The position numbers and the translations under genes are program-made. The notes under the pieces were generated by a model. The model made no database searches. It had not been told where the DNA came from and saw only the letters and a list, made by a program, of their open reading frames with translations. This document shows positions 18,827-28,517 of a DNA stretch of 64,000 nucleotides, piece after piece. The stretch comes from a virus: IMG/VR virus record IMGVR_UViG_3300002835_000025. One strand, given 5' to 3'. Each line of letters begins with the position of its first letter. Positions within the stretch are counted from its first letter, which is position 1.

Positions 18827-19327
18827 ATGGTAACCATAGAATTTACTTATGATTATGATCCGAAGTTTCTACCAATCTATAGAGAATTTTTTGAATCTGA
18901 ATTTACTGGTAGAGACTGGTTTGATAGAATACAATATATACCAGACAGAGTTCTGGAACTTAGACTCAGGAAAAGATTACTAGAACGATTGTTGGATGAA
19001 ACTCAAATGCCAATGACTGTTATCAAATACAATAACATTCCAGTTGGATTATCATTTCCAAGAACCCTATTTACTGAAGAAGAAAAACAGAAGTTTGAAG
19101 TTGAGGATTTTGAGTATTATAAGATTGGTTCAATTATCATTCTTAAAGAATATAGGAATAAGGGGATTGCTTATGAGGCTTGTAAGCTGTTCATGGAACG
19201 CTATGGTCCCATCATATATCATGTAGATGAACTTAACCATGCTTCAATAAAATTAGCATTAAAACTAGGGCTTACTTTTTCACACAGAACAAATATCAAT
19301 AATGTGCATTACCTAGTATACAAATAG
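18827..19327 (+). CDS. GNAT acetyltransferase
   Basis: IIILKEYRNKGIA, N.ASIKLA.KLG. Confidence 0.85.
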   Translation: MVTIEFTYDYDPKFLPIYREFFESEFTGRDWFDRIQYIPDRVLELRLRKRLLERLLDETQMPMTVIKYNNIPVGLSFPRTLFTEEEKQKFEVEDFEYYKIGSIIILKEYRNKGIAYEACKLFMERYGPIIYHVDELNHASIKLALKLGLTFSHRTNINNVHYLVYK

Positions 19328-19351
19328 CCCAGTCAGTCTGGGTTTCTTTTT
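19326..19351 (+). terminator. Intrinsic terminator
   Basis: AGCCCAG/CTGGGTT stem plus T tract. Confidence 0.7.
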
Positions 19352-19375
19352 GTTTCTTATCTATTGACACTCTTT

Positions 19376-19432
19376 TATAAATAAAAGTGTACTATTATTG
19401 AAATCTTGATATAATAGACTCATACCAAATAA
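19376..19432 (+). promoter_or_regulatory. Late promoter (19376) plus early promoter cassette copy 1
   Basis: TATAAATA; GTGTAC-17-TATAAT; 47 bp identical to copies 2 and 3. Confidence 0.85.
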
Positions 19433-19460
19433 ATATTTTAAACGTAACTTAGGAATAAAA

Positions 19461-19742
19461 ATGAAAACTTTTAATCAATTCGCATTAGAACTTATTGAAG
19501 CAAAATTACCTATAACTTCATCAGAAGATGAACTTACTTGGGATCCTAAATCTCGTCAAACTACATTGTCGCCAAAGCAAGCACTTGCTTATGCAGTTTC
19601 TCAATTATCGCCTGAAGAAGTTGCTGCAGTACTTGCTGCAGAAAAATTAAAAAAGATGTCAAGAACACCTCAGCAAAAAGCATTTGATAAGAAAATGGCT
19701 AAACTTGCCAAAAATCACGAAAACGATACTAGATTAAAATAA
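19461..19742 (+). CDS. Putative internal protein
   Basis: MKTFNQF...LIE CTS-like. Confidence 0.6.
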   Translation: MKTFNQFALELIEAKLPITSSEDELTWDPKSRQTTLSPKQALAYAVSQLSPEEVAAVLAAEKLKKMSRTPQQKAFDKKMAKLAKNHENDTRLK

Positions 19743-19771
19743 TTAAGTTTTCAATATAAGTTATTATAATT

Positions 19772-19795
19772 AGCCGGTAATTATACCGGCTTTTT
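19772..19795 (+). terminator. Intrinsic terminator
   Basis: AGCCGGTA-atta-TACCGGCT plus T tract. Confidence 0.8.
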
Positions 19796-19806
19796 ATTGT
19801 CCGGTG

Positions 19807-19874
19807 AAAATAATAGTGTACTATTATTGAAATCTTGATATAATAGACTCATACCAAATAACCAATGAGGAATT
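19807..19874 (+). repeat. 68-bp early promoter/RBS cassette copy 2
   Basis: Identical to 20090-20157. Confidence 0.95.
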
Positions 19875-19878
19875 ACAC

Positions 19879-20091
19879 ATGAATAAAGAACAACAGATCC
19901 AAACCCTTCTAGATACTTTGTTTGAAAATGCAAAAGAATCATCTCAAAACGCTAGTTGGAATATTGATAAAACGGTGAACTATGCTTATGTTACTGGTTA
20001 TTATGAATCTTCATTCAGCAATCTTCTGAAAAGTATGAATCTTACCAAAGCACAGATGGATATCTTATCACAAAGATGTGAAATTAAATAA
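19879..20091 (+). CDS. Hypothetical early protein
   Basis: RBS GAGG, promoter. Confidence 0.7.
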   Translation: MNKEQQIQTLLDTLFENAKESSQNASWNIDKTVNYAYVTGYYESSFSNLLKSMNLTKAQMDILSQRCEIK

Positions 20092-20157
20092 AATAATAGT
20101 GTACTATTATTGAAATCTTGATATAATAGACTCATACCAAATAACCAATGAGGAATT
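20090..20157 (+). repeat. 68-bp early promoter/RBS cassette copy 3
   Basis: Identical to 19807-19874. Confidence 0.95.
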
Positions 20158-20162
20158 TAATT

Positions 20163-20390
20163 ATGAAAAACTATAAAGCATTAAAAGACAACGAGGCCAT
20201 TTTAATAGTAATGGCCGCTGAACACAATGCCAGGCTAACGATGATAGAGAATGGTCTTGATTTCCAAGATTATGATAATCAGGACTTGCTGGATTCTTAT
20301 ATAGAGAATAGTATTATTGGTACCTTATCTTCTGAAAAATATTCAGAAGATGTTATTGCTGAATTTGCCAGTATCGGCATTGAAGCATAA
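20163..20390 (+). CDS. Hypothetical early protein
   Basis: RBS GAGG, promoter. Confidence 0.7.
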   Translation: MKNYKALKDNEAILIVMAAEHNARLTMIENGLDFQDYDNQDLLDSYIENSIIGTLSSEKYSEDVIAEFASIGIEA

Positions 20391-20416
20391 ACCACCAACA
20401 CGAGGCGTGGAATACT

Positions 20417-20764
20417 ATGAGAAAAGGTGAAAAGAAATTTGTATCTGCGATGCCGACTACGCGTCAAACCACTCCGTATGAACTTGAAAAAGCATACAAG
20501 ACTATTGCCTTTTCAAGATCAAATAAGGTGGAATATAAAAATCTTGATGATCTTGACAATGAAGCATCGCGTATTAGAAGATGTGTTGAACACTATTACA
20601 CATATTCAAATCACGACTTATCTTTCTCTGACTTCTGCACCAAATTTATTATGGAAAATTTCAAAGAAATGGTATTTGGAACAGAATTCGATGGAACATA
20701 CTTAGATGATTTGGAAGTGAATCGTGCTGACGAATACATTGATGATTATAGATTGGTGGCTTAA
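20417..20764 (+). CDS. Hypothetical protein
   Basis: ORF in operon. Confidence 0.6.
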   Translation: MRKGEKKFVSAMPTTRQTTPYELEKAYKTIAFSRSNKVEYKNLDDLDNEASRIRRCVEHYYTYSNHDLSFSDFCTKFIMENFKEMVFGTEFDGTYLDDLEVNRADEYIDDYRLVA

Positions 20765-21100
20765 ATGATAAATGCAAAAGAAGAACTTGTAAACACGCTT
20801 GATGATATTACCAAAAAGCATTCGGTATCTTTAAAGTGTGCTTGGGTAACATACGAAAGTCATTATAAGGCATCTCATGCCTATTCTTCTCTGCCAATAG
20901 GATTTGAATTGGATGAATTCTTGTCATTTTTAGAAGAATTAGATTTTGACTATAACAATGGATATGGCGGCCAGCATTTACATGGCACAGTATGGTTTGA
21001 TGACGGTTCATGGATGGAACGAGGTGAATACGATGGTTCGGAATGGTGGGAATACAAAACAACACCAGAGATTCCTGAAGATTTAAAATGTGTACAATAA
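20765..21100 (+). CDS. Conserved phage hypothetical protein
   Basis: Y.NGYG.Q.L.G.VWF.DG.W.ER.EYDGSEWW. Confidence 0.75.
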   Translation: MINAKEELVNTLDDITKKHSVSLKCAWVTYESHYKASHAYSSLPIGFELDEFLSFLEELDFDYNNGYGGQHLHGTVWFDDGSWMERGEYDGSEWWEYKTTPEIPEDLKCVQ

Positions 21101-21145
21101 CAAAATTTGTGATATAATGTAATTTTAAACAACTTGGAAAATATT

Positions 21146-22417
21146 ATGATTTATTCTATTATTGAGCAGTTAAGATCTACCAATTCCCGACTAGGAAAAG
21201 AAACCATTTTAGAAGCAAACGTCAATAATGACCTTTTGAAATCGGTACTTACTAGAACATTTGCTCCTCATATCAATTATTATCAAAGGAAAATTCCAGC
21301 GTATTCTACATCAGGAAATTTAGACTTAAAAGAAGCTCTTGAACAACTAAATGACTTAGCCGATAGAAAAGTTACTGGAAATAAAGCCATTGAATTTTTG
21401 TCAAATATACTTTCATCAGTTTCTGCAAGAGATGCATTCGTTATTGAATGCATCATTAAGAAAGATTTAGGTTGCGGAATTGGTATTCCTACTGTTAATA
21501 AAATATGGAAAGATTTAATTCCTACCTTTGATGTTATGCTTTGCTCTCCATTGAGTGATAAAGTTTTAGCAAAGATAAAATACCCTGCTATGGCTCAATT
21601 AAAAATGGACGGATTGCGATGTAATGTGGTTGTTAAAGACAATACAGTAACTTTCTATTCACGCAATGGAAAAACCTTTGATTTGCTTGGTAATCTTGAA
21701 CAAGAATTCATTGATGCTGCTCGTGGATTAGATGTTGTTTTTGATGGTGAACTGTTGGTTACTAAAGATAGCAAGGTAGTCGATAGACAAACTGGTAATG
21801 GCATTCTTAATAAAGCGAATAAAGGTACTATAAGCGAAGAAGAAGCTAAGTTAGTTACTATGACAGTATGGGATATTATCTCGTATGATAATTGGATTGC
21901 TGGTAAAGATTCAATGATTTATGTACACAGATATAATCGTCTTATCAGTCTGAATCTTCGCGGCAAAATCAATATAGTTCCAAGTATAGAGGTCAGATCT
22001 TTAGATGAAGCTAAAATTGTCTATGAAAATTATTATGCCAAAGGATATGAAGGTATCATCCTTAAAAATACTGACAACATCTGGGAACCAAAACGATCTC
22101 AAACTCAGATTAAATTTAAAGGTGAAGAAACCGCATCCTTACACGTAGTAGGTATTCAACATGGTAATGGTAAATATGAAGGTCAGATTGGTTCTTTGAT
22201 TTGTGAATCTGAAGATGGCGAATTGATGGTAAATGTTGGTTCAGGATTGACTGATGAAGATAGACTCCGAACAGATTTCATTGGTAAAATCATTGATGTG
22301 AAATACAACGCCAAAATCAAATCGAAAGGTTCTGATACCTGGTCACTGTTTTTACCACGTTTTCTTGAAATTCGCTTTGACCGCGATACTGCTGATACTA
22401 TCGACCACATCAAATAA
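21146..22417 (+). CDS. 30: ATP-dependent DNA ligase gp30
   Basis: QLKMDGLR, FDGE, EGIILK, SLFLPRF...R.D; early promoter at about 21090. Confidence 0.95.
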   Translation: MIYSIIEQLRSTNSRLGKETILEANVNNDLLKSVLTRTFAPHINYYQRKIPAYSTSGNLDLKEALEQLNDLADRKVTGNKAIEFLSNILSSVSARDAFVIECIIKKDLGCGIGIPTVNKIWKDLIPTFDVMLCSPLSDKVLAKIKYPAMAQLKMDGLRCNVVVKDNTVTFYSRNGKTFDLLGNLEQEFIDAARGLDVVFDGELLVTKDSKVVDRQTGNGILNKANKGTISEEEAKLVTMTVWDIISYDNWIAGKDSMIYVHRYNRLISLNLRGKINIVPSIEVRSLDEAKIVYENYYAKGYEGIILKNTDNIWEPKRSQTQIKFKGEETASLHVVGIQHGNGKYEGQIGSLICESEDGELMVNVGSGLTDEDRLRTDFIGKIIDVKYNAKIKSKGSDTWSLFLPRFLEIRFDRDTADTIDHIK

Positions 22418-22478
22418 TAGTTGACAATCTGACAATATGGTTTATAATGAACCATCTTAACTGAACTGAGGAATTAAA

Positions 22479-22862
22479 ATGATTTTTATCGATGAAACAC
22501 GAACAAAGAAAAAACTTGTAATCAGAAAAGAAGATGGCATATTCTCTGATGCTATCGTAATTAAGTTTAAACATATTCCAATCTTTCTGATGATGATACA
22601 GAAACATTATGGTGAATTTTCTGAAGGTGAATCATTTGGAAAACACGAAGTTGTCAAAAGAGAAAATGGATTAGATACCATCGTTAAAAAGAAAGGATGT
22701 TCTGATGCCAGTTCAAAGTATGCAATAGGCAACTATGATGATATTGAAAGATTGTATGGTCTGGATTTTGAAGATTATCTTGTCATTACTGAAGATGAAT
22801 CTAAAGACTTGATTTTACAATTGGCTGATTATTACATTACGGTTATGAATGAAGAAAATTGA
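22479..22862 (+). CDS. Hypothetical protein
   Basis: Promoter GTTGAC..TATAAT at 22420-22448, RBS GAGG. Confidence 0.6.
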   Translation: MIFIDETRTKKKLVIRKEDGIFSDAIVIKFKHIPIFLMMIQKHYGEFSEGESFGKHEVVKRENGLDTIVKKKGCSDASSKYAIGNYDDIERLYGLDFEDYLVITEDESKDLILQLADYYITVMNEEN

Positions 22863-23142
22863 TATACTGTTAAGAATGATTGGTAATAGGGTTGATAGGA
22901 TTCCAAAACGAACTATGAATGCTAATAGATTGCACAAGATGCTAACAGGAAGAAACCAAAAGATGTACTTTCATGGGAGAACCAACAGGTGGACGCGGTG
23001 GAAGAAATAGTCGAATATAAACATAACTGGGTTAAGGCAGAATTGTCAGACCCAAAATATCGACATAAAGTTGTTAGATTGAAAACTGATTATAAGAGAG
23101 ACCAAAAGTCTCTAACTAAATTATTGAAACGTGAAATGGAGA

Positions 23143-23400
23143 ATGAAAATGACTAAAGAAGATTTGATTAACCAATTAAAAATATCAGAAGTTACTATTA
23201 ACTTTACGAAAAAGGATGGAACCGACAGAATATTGGTAGGAACATTGGATCCTGACAAATTGCCGGTTCGTGAATCTACTGAACAGAAAGAACGTAAAGA
23301 ATCAACAACTGATGCTATTGCAGTATACGACATTGAGAATGAAGGATGGCGCTCATTCAATTTTGCTAATGTAAATTTTATTAATGGAGAACCACAATGA
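23143..23400 (+). CDS. WYL_2/Sm-like SH3 small protein
   Basis: V.FTKKDG..R...TL, V.D.E..GWRSF. Confidence 0.8.
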   Translation: MKMTKEDLINQLKISEVTINFTKKDGTDRILVGTLDPDKLPVRESTEQKERKESTTDAIAVYDIENEGWRSFNFANVNFINGEPQ

Positions 23401-23478
23401 TTTTATTATACTTGGTAACTGGTGCTACTATTGCTACTGGAATCTGGTTAACTATCTACACACTGAAAGGATTATAAT

Positions 23479-23880
23479 ATGGTCTGGTTTACTAACGAAA
23501 AAAAGATACAAGAATTAGCAAACAACCTTGCTAATCTGCATGTTAAGTTTGATAATCTTAAACGTAAGAATAATGAGTTAGAAGATAAAATATCCAATTT
23601 AGATATTCAACTTACAAGACTTCAAGTAGATAATCGTAATCTTAAAATTGCTTTCAGTGAGAATTTTAAAAAATCAGTAACCACGTTTCCAGCAACTCCA
23701 AGTTTGGTTGACCATTCTAACATAGTTACTAATGCTAATATAGTTTCAACCGTGGTACCCAATCCATACAGCACTAATGATATTATTAGCAGTTCATCAT
23801 ATGCAAGTTCTTATGATTGTGCTTATAGTTCTGATTCATCTTCATGTTCTGACTCATCTTCATCTTGCTCATCTGACTAA
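23479..23880 (+). CDS. Coiled-coil protein with Ser-rich tail
   Basis: Heptads; SSDSSSCSDSSSS. Confidence 0.6.
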   Translation: MVWFTNEKKIQELANNLANLHVKFDNLKRKNNELEDKISNLDIQLTRLQVDNRNLKIAFSENFKKSVTTFPATPSLVDHSNIVTNANIVSTVVPNPYSTNDIISSSSYASSYDCAYSSDSSSCSDSSSSCSSD

Positions 23881-23892
23881 TAGGAATATATT

Positions 23893-24144
23893 ATGACAAC
23901 CATTTCAAATCCAAAAGACCAAGAAAAAATCCGTACTATGTTATCTGAAATTTCTAATTCATATACTCGGATTTCAGCGGAACGCGATCTTATTAACGAA
24001 ACTATTCAAGCACTTTCTGAAGACTTTGAAATCGACAAGAAAATTCTTCGTAAAATGGCGCAAATATTCCATAAGCAGAATTATACTGAAGTTGAGAACG
24101 AACAAGAAGAGCTTGCACTATTATACGAATCTATTGTAAAATAA
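23893..24144 (+). CDS. dsbA: dsDNA-binding protein DsbA-like
   Basis: ER..I.E.......F.I.KK..RKMA..FHKQN. Confidence 0.7.
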   Translation: MTTISNPKDQEKIRTMLSEISNSYTRISAERDLINETIQALSEDFEIDKKILRKMAQIFHKQNYTEVENEQEELALLYESIVK

Positions 24145-24204
24145 TGTGTACATAACACAAGGATGTGTTATAATAGACTTTTATTAAACTTACCGAGATC
24201 AACC

Positions 24205-25341
24205 ATGGGAAAGACAATATCACTAAAACCAACCTCATCGTCAAAGGCTGAAAAACAAGCCTTAAAACGTAGATCTCTTATAGACAGAGTAGACGCAAAA
24301 TTCAAAGGCGTCGGAGAACCACAAATATCATTTCTGAATTACAGACTAGATTTGATGCATGCTTTAAATTGGTTTAATGTTTATGCATCAAACATAGACA
24401 AAAAGAAATGGACTCTAGCATCAATTGAAGATAAGAAACAAAGGTTGTTATTGTCAAACCTAGACGACTCTCTATTTAGACAACTAGGAGTGTTAATTCG
24501 CTTAAGAGACAATGGACAATATCTCGATGACAAAGAATTAAAATTCATTAGCGATAGAATTTCTCAATTAGAAAAAATTGCTACTACTCCTAAAGAAATA
24601 AAAGAGAATGGCATTGCTCCTAAGTCTAAACCAATAGTTACTATTGATAAGAATAAATTAGAAGCAATTCAGTTTGCTTGTGAAATTGATGGTGAGATAG
24701 ATGAGTTTATAAAATCTGGATATCCTAGAACATTTGAATTCAAAAATTCGGTAAAGACTATTAGTGGATCAGCTGCTAAACAGGTTCCTCCTTTATATAA
24801 GCCACTAATAATGGAAATTGAAGAAGCACTAGAAGGATCCTGTGATCAATTAAATGAAGCATATTCGCATGTCAAGACGGTACAATTGAAACATTTCTTA
24901 AAAATGCTAAAGGATTTAATATCATCGTGTTCTCAACATGTTGTTAGCATCAGAAAGCCAAAAGTGATTAAACAGAAATCACCTGGAGAATTAGTAAAGA
25001 ATCTTAAATATCTTCCAAAATTTGAAGAACTTAATATCAAATCTGAAAATCCTATTAAGTTAGTAGAATGCCAGGAAGTGTGGCTATATGATACTGTTAA
25101 TCGTAAACTGTTTAATTATAAAGCAGTAAAGGACCAAAAGCTATCGGTACATGGAACATCCATTAGTGGATTTGACGTAGAAACTTCATTGGTCAAGAGT
25201 ATCAGAAAGCCTGAAGTGATTAAGGAATTCATCGGAAATAAAAAGGACTTTGCTATTAAATTTTCTGAATTAACAACTCGTCCTCAGAAGCCAAATGGCA
25301 GAACAAATGCTAATATTATTATTTTAAAAATCTTTTCATAA
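24205..25341 (+). CDS. Conserved T4-like hypothetical protein
   Basis: ALNWFN, W.Y.T..RKL, LSV.GT.I.GF, NGR.N; upstream of rnh. Confidence 0.7.
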   Translation: MGKTISLKPTSSSKAEKQALKRRSLIDRVDAKFKGVGEPQISFLNYRLDLMHALNWFNVYASNIDKKKWTLASIEDKKQRLLLSNLDDSLFRQLGVLIRLRDNGQYLDDKELKFISDRISQLEKIATTPKEIKENGIAPKSKPIVTIDKNKLEAIQFACEIDGEIDEFIKSGYPRTFEFKNSVKTISGSAAKQVPPLYKPLIMEIEEALEGSCDQLNEAYSHVKTVQLKHFLKMLKDLISSCSQHVVSIRKPKVIKQKSPGELVKNLKYLPKFEELNIKSENPIKLVECQEVWLYDTVNRKLFNYKAVKDQKLSVHGTSISGFDVETSLVKSIRKPEVIKEFIGNKKDFAIKFSELTTRPQKPNGRTNANIIILKIFS

Positions 25342-25353
25342 CTGGAGAACATA

Positions 25354-26247
25354 TTGATTATTATCGACTATTCACAAGTGGCATTGGCATCTATCTTTAT
25401 GTTTGAAAAAGATCTCACTTCAGATGATGTAGAAAAGAATAAGGATATTATTAGACACGCAATTCTTACTAGTATCCTTTCCAATAAGAAAAAATTCGAA
25501 TCTGAATTTGGTAATGATGTAGTATTGGCATGTGACGGATTTAATTATTGGAGAAAATCTGAATTTGCTCCTTATAAAGCAGCAAGAAAAAAAGCTAGAG
25601 ACGATTCTAAACTAGATTGGAAATTTGTATTTGAGATTTTGTCTGAAACGAGAGAAGACTTACAAAAGTATTTTCCTTATAAAGTCATTAGGATTGAAAG
25701 AGCAGAAGCTGATGACATTATTGCTTGTCTATCAAAATGGACTCAGACTAATGATTTAATGTCTGAAGGCATTGAACCTATTCCTAAAAGAACTCTTATT
25801 ATAAGTTCTGATAAGGACTTTAAGCAATTGCATAAGTATTCCAATATTAAACAATACAGTCCAATGTTTAAGAAGTATGTCGAGAAACCTCCAAAGGTAC
25901 TGGACTTTATTAATGAACATATTGCAAAGGGAGATGCTAGCGACGGAATTCCCAATATACTAAGTGTTGATAATAGTTTTATTGACAAGATTAGACAAAA
26001 GTCAATGACTAAACCTAGATTGGAAGAATTCATAAAACATGGAATTGGAGCTTGCAAAACGGAAGACGAAATCAGAAATTGGCATCGAAATGAATTGTTA
26101 ATCTCATTTGATAAAATTCCAATAGATATTGAAGAGTCTATACTGAAGGCCTTTAATGAACCTGCTAAAGGTAATAAGAGTGAAATATTTAACTACTTAG
26201 TCAAAAACAGAATGAGACTACTACTAAACGATATTGATAGTTTCTAA
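25354..26247 (+). CDS. rnh: RNase H / 5'-3' exonuclease
   Basis: IID.SQ, YWR, YKA.R, EADD, ISSDKDF.QL, GD.SDGIPN. Confidence 0.95.
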   Translation: MIIIDYSQVALASIFMFEKDLTSDDVEKNKDIIRHAILTSILSNKKKFESEFGNDVVLACDGFNYWRKSEFAPYKAARKKARDDSKLDWKFVFEILSETREDLQKYFPYKVIRIERAEADDIIACLSKWTQTNDLMSEGIEPIPKRTLIISSDKDFKQLHKYSNIKQYSPMFKKYVEKPPKVLDFINEHIAKGDASDGIPNILSVDNSFIDKIRQKSMTKPRLEEFIKHGIGACKTEDEIRNWHRNELLISFDKIPIDIEESILKAFNEPAKGNKSEIFNYLVKNRMRLLLNDIDSF

Positions 26248-26262
26248 CAACAAAGGAAAATT

Positions 26263-26820
26263 ATGGAATTGAATAAACGTGAAAGCGTACCAGAAATGTT
26301 ACAACGATTTAATGATGGTGATACTCTTACATTATTAAAGCAGAATTTCAGTAATGAAAGCCTTAAAATGCTATTTGGTTATGGGTTTATTCCAAAAGGT
26401 AAGTGGCTTTTGCCTGAAGGAACTCCACCTTACAGAGAAGATGCTGCTCCTGTCGGTATGGCAAGGGCAAATCTCTGGATGGAGATTAAAAAGTTTGAAA
26501 GATTCATGAGAGCAGATTTGAATAAACTAAGACGCGAACAGTTGTTCATTCAACTCTTAGAAGAATTACATCCATTAGAATCAAAATTAGTATTAGCTAT
26601 TAAGGACCAGACTATACCAGATCTCTATCCTAACATTACACTAGACAAAGTAGTCGATGCAGGATTCTTCATTTGGCCGCATGGTATTGATGAAACCGAA
26701 TATAGAAATTCTGTAAAGAATAAGGAGGTCAAACCAGCACCAATCCCAAAGTCAGAATCGAACCCACCAGTCTCTGGAAAAAAACGAGTACAGAAACAAA
26801 AGACAGTAGAAAACACTTAG
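26263..26820 (+). CDS. Conserved T4-like hypothetical protein
   Basis: LPEG.PPY, RREQLFIQLLE.LHP.E. Confidence 0.75.
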   Translation: MELNKRESVPEMLQRFNDGDTLTLLKQNFSNESLKMLFGYGFIPKGKWLLPEGTPPYREDAAPVGMARANLWMEIKKFERFMRADLNKLRREQLFIQLLEELHPLESKLVLAIKDQTIPDLYPNITLDKVVDAGFFIWPHGIDETEYRNSVKNKEVKPAPIPKSESNPPVSGKKRVQKQKTVENT

Positions 26821-26874
26821 ATAGCATTCAGGTCTTATTAATCAAATTATCACAATTCTTATTAGGAGTTTAAA

Positions 26875-27030
26875 ATGATCAAATCTTGCAACTGCCCAGA
26901 TAATACACCTGCTGCAAAATGCCAAACTGAAACTTATGGGAAAGGCCAACGAGTATGGACTCAGGATAAGGGTATTGCAAAGGCATGTACAATTTGTGGT
27001 GCTAGAGGTGACGGAAGCAAAAAGAAATAA
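26875..27030 (+). CDS. Small Cys-rich protein
   Basis: AGGAG RBS; CNC...YGKG.RV...CTICG. Confidence 0.6.
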   Translation: MIKSCNCPDNTPAAKCQTETYGKGQRVWTQDKGIAKACTICGARGDGSKKK

Positions 27031-27081
27031 TGTTTACAAATGTGGCATTTTGAATTATAATTAATTTTTTTGGAGTTTAAT

Positions 27082-27486
27082 ATGAGTACAAATTTTGTAA
27101 AAGATATTTCTGACATGCACACCAAGTTTGGTGTTAACACTACAGTTAATAAGTTTGATAAAGAAAGATTAACAGCATTTCTGGATTTTAGAATTGGGTG
27201 TTTGCAGGAAGAATTAGATGAACTTAAACATGCTGAAAATGCTGATGATGCGGTAGATGCCTTAATAGATCTAATAGTATTCGCAGTAGGTACCTTAGAT
27301 GTGTACCAGGTTGACTCTGTTAAAGCCTGGCAAAGAGTGTATGATGCTAATATTGTTAAAGAAGTAGGAATTAAGGAAGGTAGACCCAATCCTTTTGGAT
27401 TACCCGATCTAATTAAACCAGAAGGTTGGGTTGCTCCATCACATGTAGATAATGTTGGTTTATTAGATATAGTGTTTGCGGATTGA
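27082..27486 (+). CDS. MazG-like all-alpha NTP pyrophosphohydrolase
   Basis: LQEELDE, VDALIDL, V..AN..K, LIKPEGW. Confidence 0.85.
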   Translation: MSTNFVKDISDMHTKFGVNTTVNKFDKERLTAFLDFRIGCLQEELDELKHAENADDAVDALIDLIVFAVGTLDVYQVDSVKAWQRVYDANIVKEVGIKEGRPNPFGLPDLIKPEGWVAPSHVDNVGLLDIVFAD

Positions 27487-27487
27487 T

Positions 27488-28468
27488 ATGTATTCTCTGA
27501 CGGCCTTTGCATCGATATACGACAACAAAACTCACCGTCAAGTAAGCCATAACACCTGGGAGTCGTTTGAGAAAATGCTATATGGCATGTCAAAACTTCC
27601 AGGTTATAAACTTAAAAAGGGAGAATTCAGAGCGCCTAAAGGTGTTAAGGCTTCTCCCTTAATCACACCAGCTTCTTATAGAGAAGGAACAACCCGTTCT
27701 AATGATGCTGTTGTAGAATGGTCTGGTTGGGCTGCACTTGATATTGATAACCATGTCTTTAAAGGAAACCTTAAAGAAGAGTTAAGTGAGAAATATGGAA
27801 AGACCTATTTTGTATGCTATTCTACATCAGGGTCAACGGTAGAACATCCTAAATTTAGACTAGTATTTCCATTAACTGGTTCTGTGAAAAAGGAAAAGAT
27901 AAAACATTTTTGGTTTGCCTTGAATAGAGAGTTTGACGATCTTGGTGATGGTCAAACAAAGGATCTTTCCAGAATGTATTACGTGCCTGCGATTTATCCT
28001 AATGCTTATAATTTTATCTTTACTAATATTGGTGAGATTATAGACCCTGATAGATTAATGTTCAATCATCAGTATGAGCAACCGCGAGGACCTCTAAGTA
28101 TATTAGAACAGATGCCGTCAGATATTCAAAAAATGATACTAGCTCAAAGAGCAGATATGCTTGAGGAAATCTCGCATAAGAATTATTCGTGGTCTTCTTA
28201 TGAGGATTGTCCGTTCGTAAACAAAAAAATGATTCATGAGTATAGTTCTATAGCACATACCGATGGTTCTGGAAGATATGCGATGATGTATAAAATCATG
28301 ACAAGTATTGCGTGTAATGCTATAAGAAGAAAGTATCCATTGAATGCTGTACAATTGGAAGAATTAATCCGTCAATTGGACAGAAACACTTCTAACTGTT
28401 ATTCTAAGCGTCCTCTTCATACCGAGTCATCTAGAGCAATAGAATATGCTTATAGGAATATTAACTAA
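27488..28468 (+). CDS. Archaeo-eukaryotic primase (PrimPol/VirE-N-like) with helical C-terminal domain
   Basis: ALDID, YSTSGS...PKFRLVFPL, D..TKDLSRMYYVP. Confidence 0.75.
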   Translation: MYSLTAFASIYDNKTHRQVSHNTWESFEKMLYGMSKLPGYKLKKGEFRAPKGVKASPLITPASYREGTTRSNDAVVEWSGWAALDIDNHVFKGNLKEELSEKYGKTYFVCYSTSGSTVEHPKFRLVFPLTGSVKKEKIKHFWFALNREFDDLGDGQTKDLSRMYYVPAIYPNAYNFIFTNIGEIIDPDRLMFNHQYEQPRGPLSILEQMPSDIQKMILAQRADMLEEISHKNYSWSSYEDCPFVNKKMIHEYSSIAHTDGSGRYAMMYKIMTSIACNAIRRKYPLNAVQLEELIRQLDRNTSNCYSKRPLHTESSRAIEYAYRNIN

Positions 28469-28517
28469 TGTGTACAAATATAGAAATTAAGTTATAATAT
28501 TAATTTATGAGAATTAT

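Noticed and set aside
19386-20157. Repeats as a CRISPR array
   Set aside because: The units are promoters with an RBS, separated by whole genes rather than 30-40 nt spacers.
23790-23880. Ser-rich repeat as a functional array
   Set aside because: Ordinary low-complexity coding tail.
26961-27593. 210-aa minus-strand ORF
   Set aside because: Shadow of the MazG-like and AEP genes; no RBS or motifs. The same applies to most short antisense ORFs in the track.
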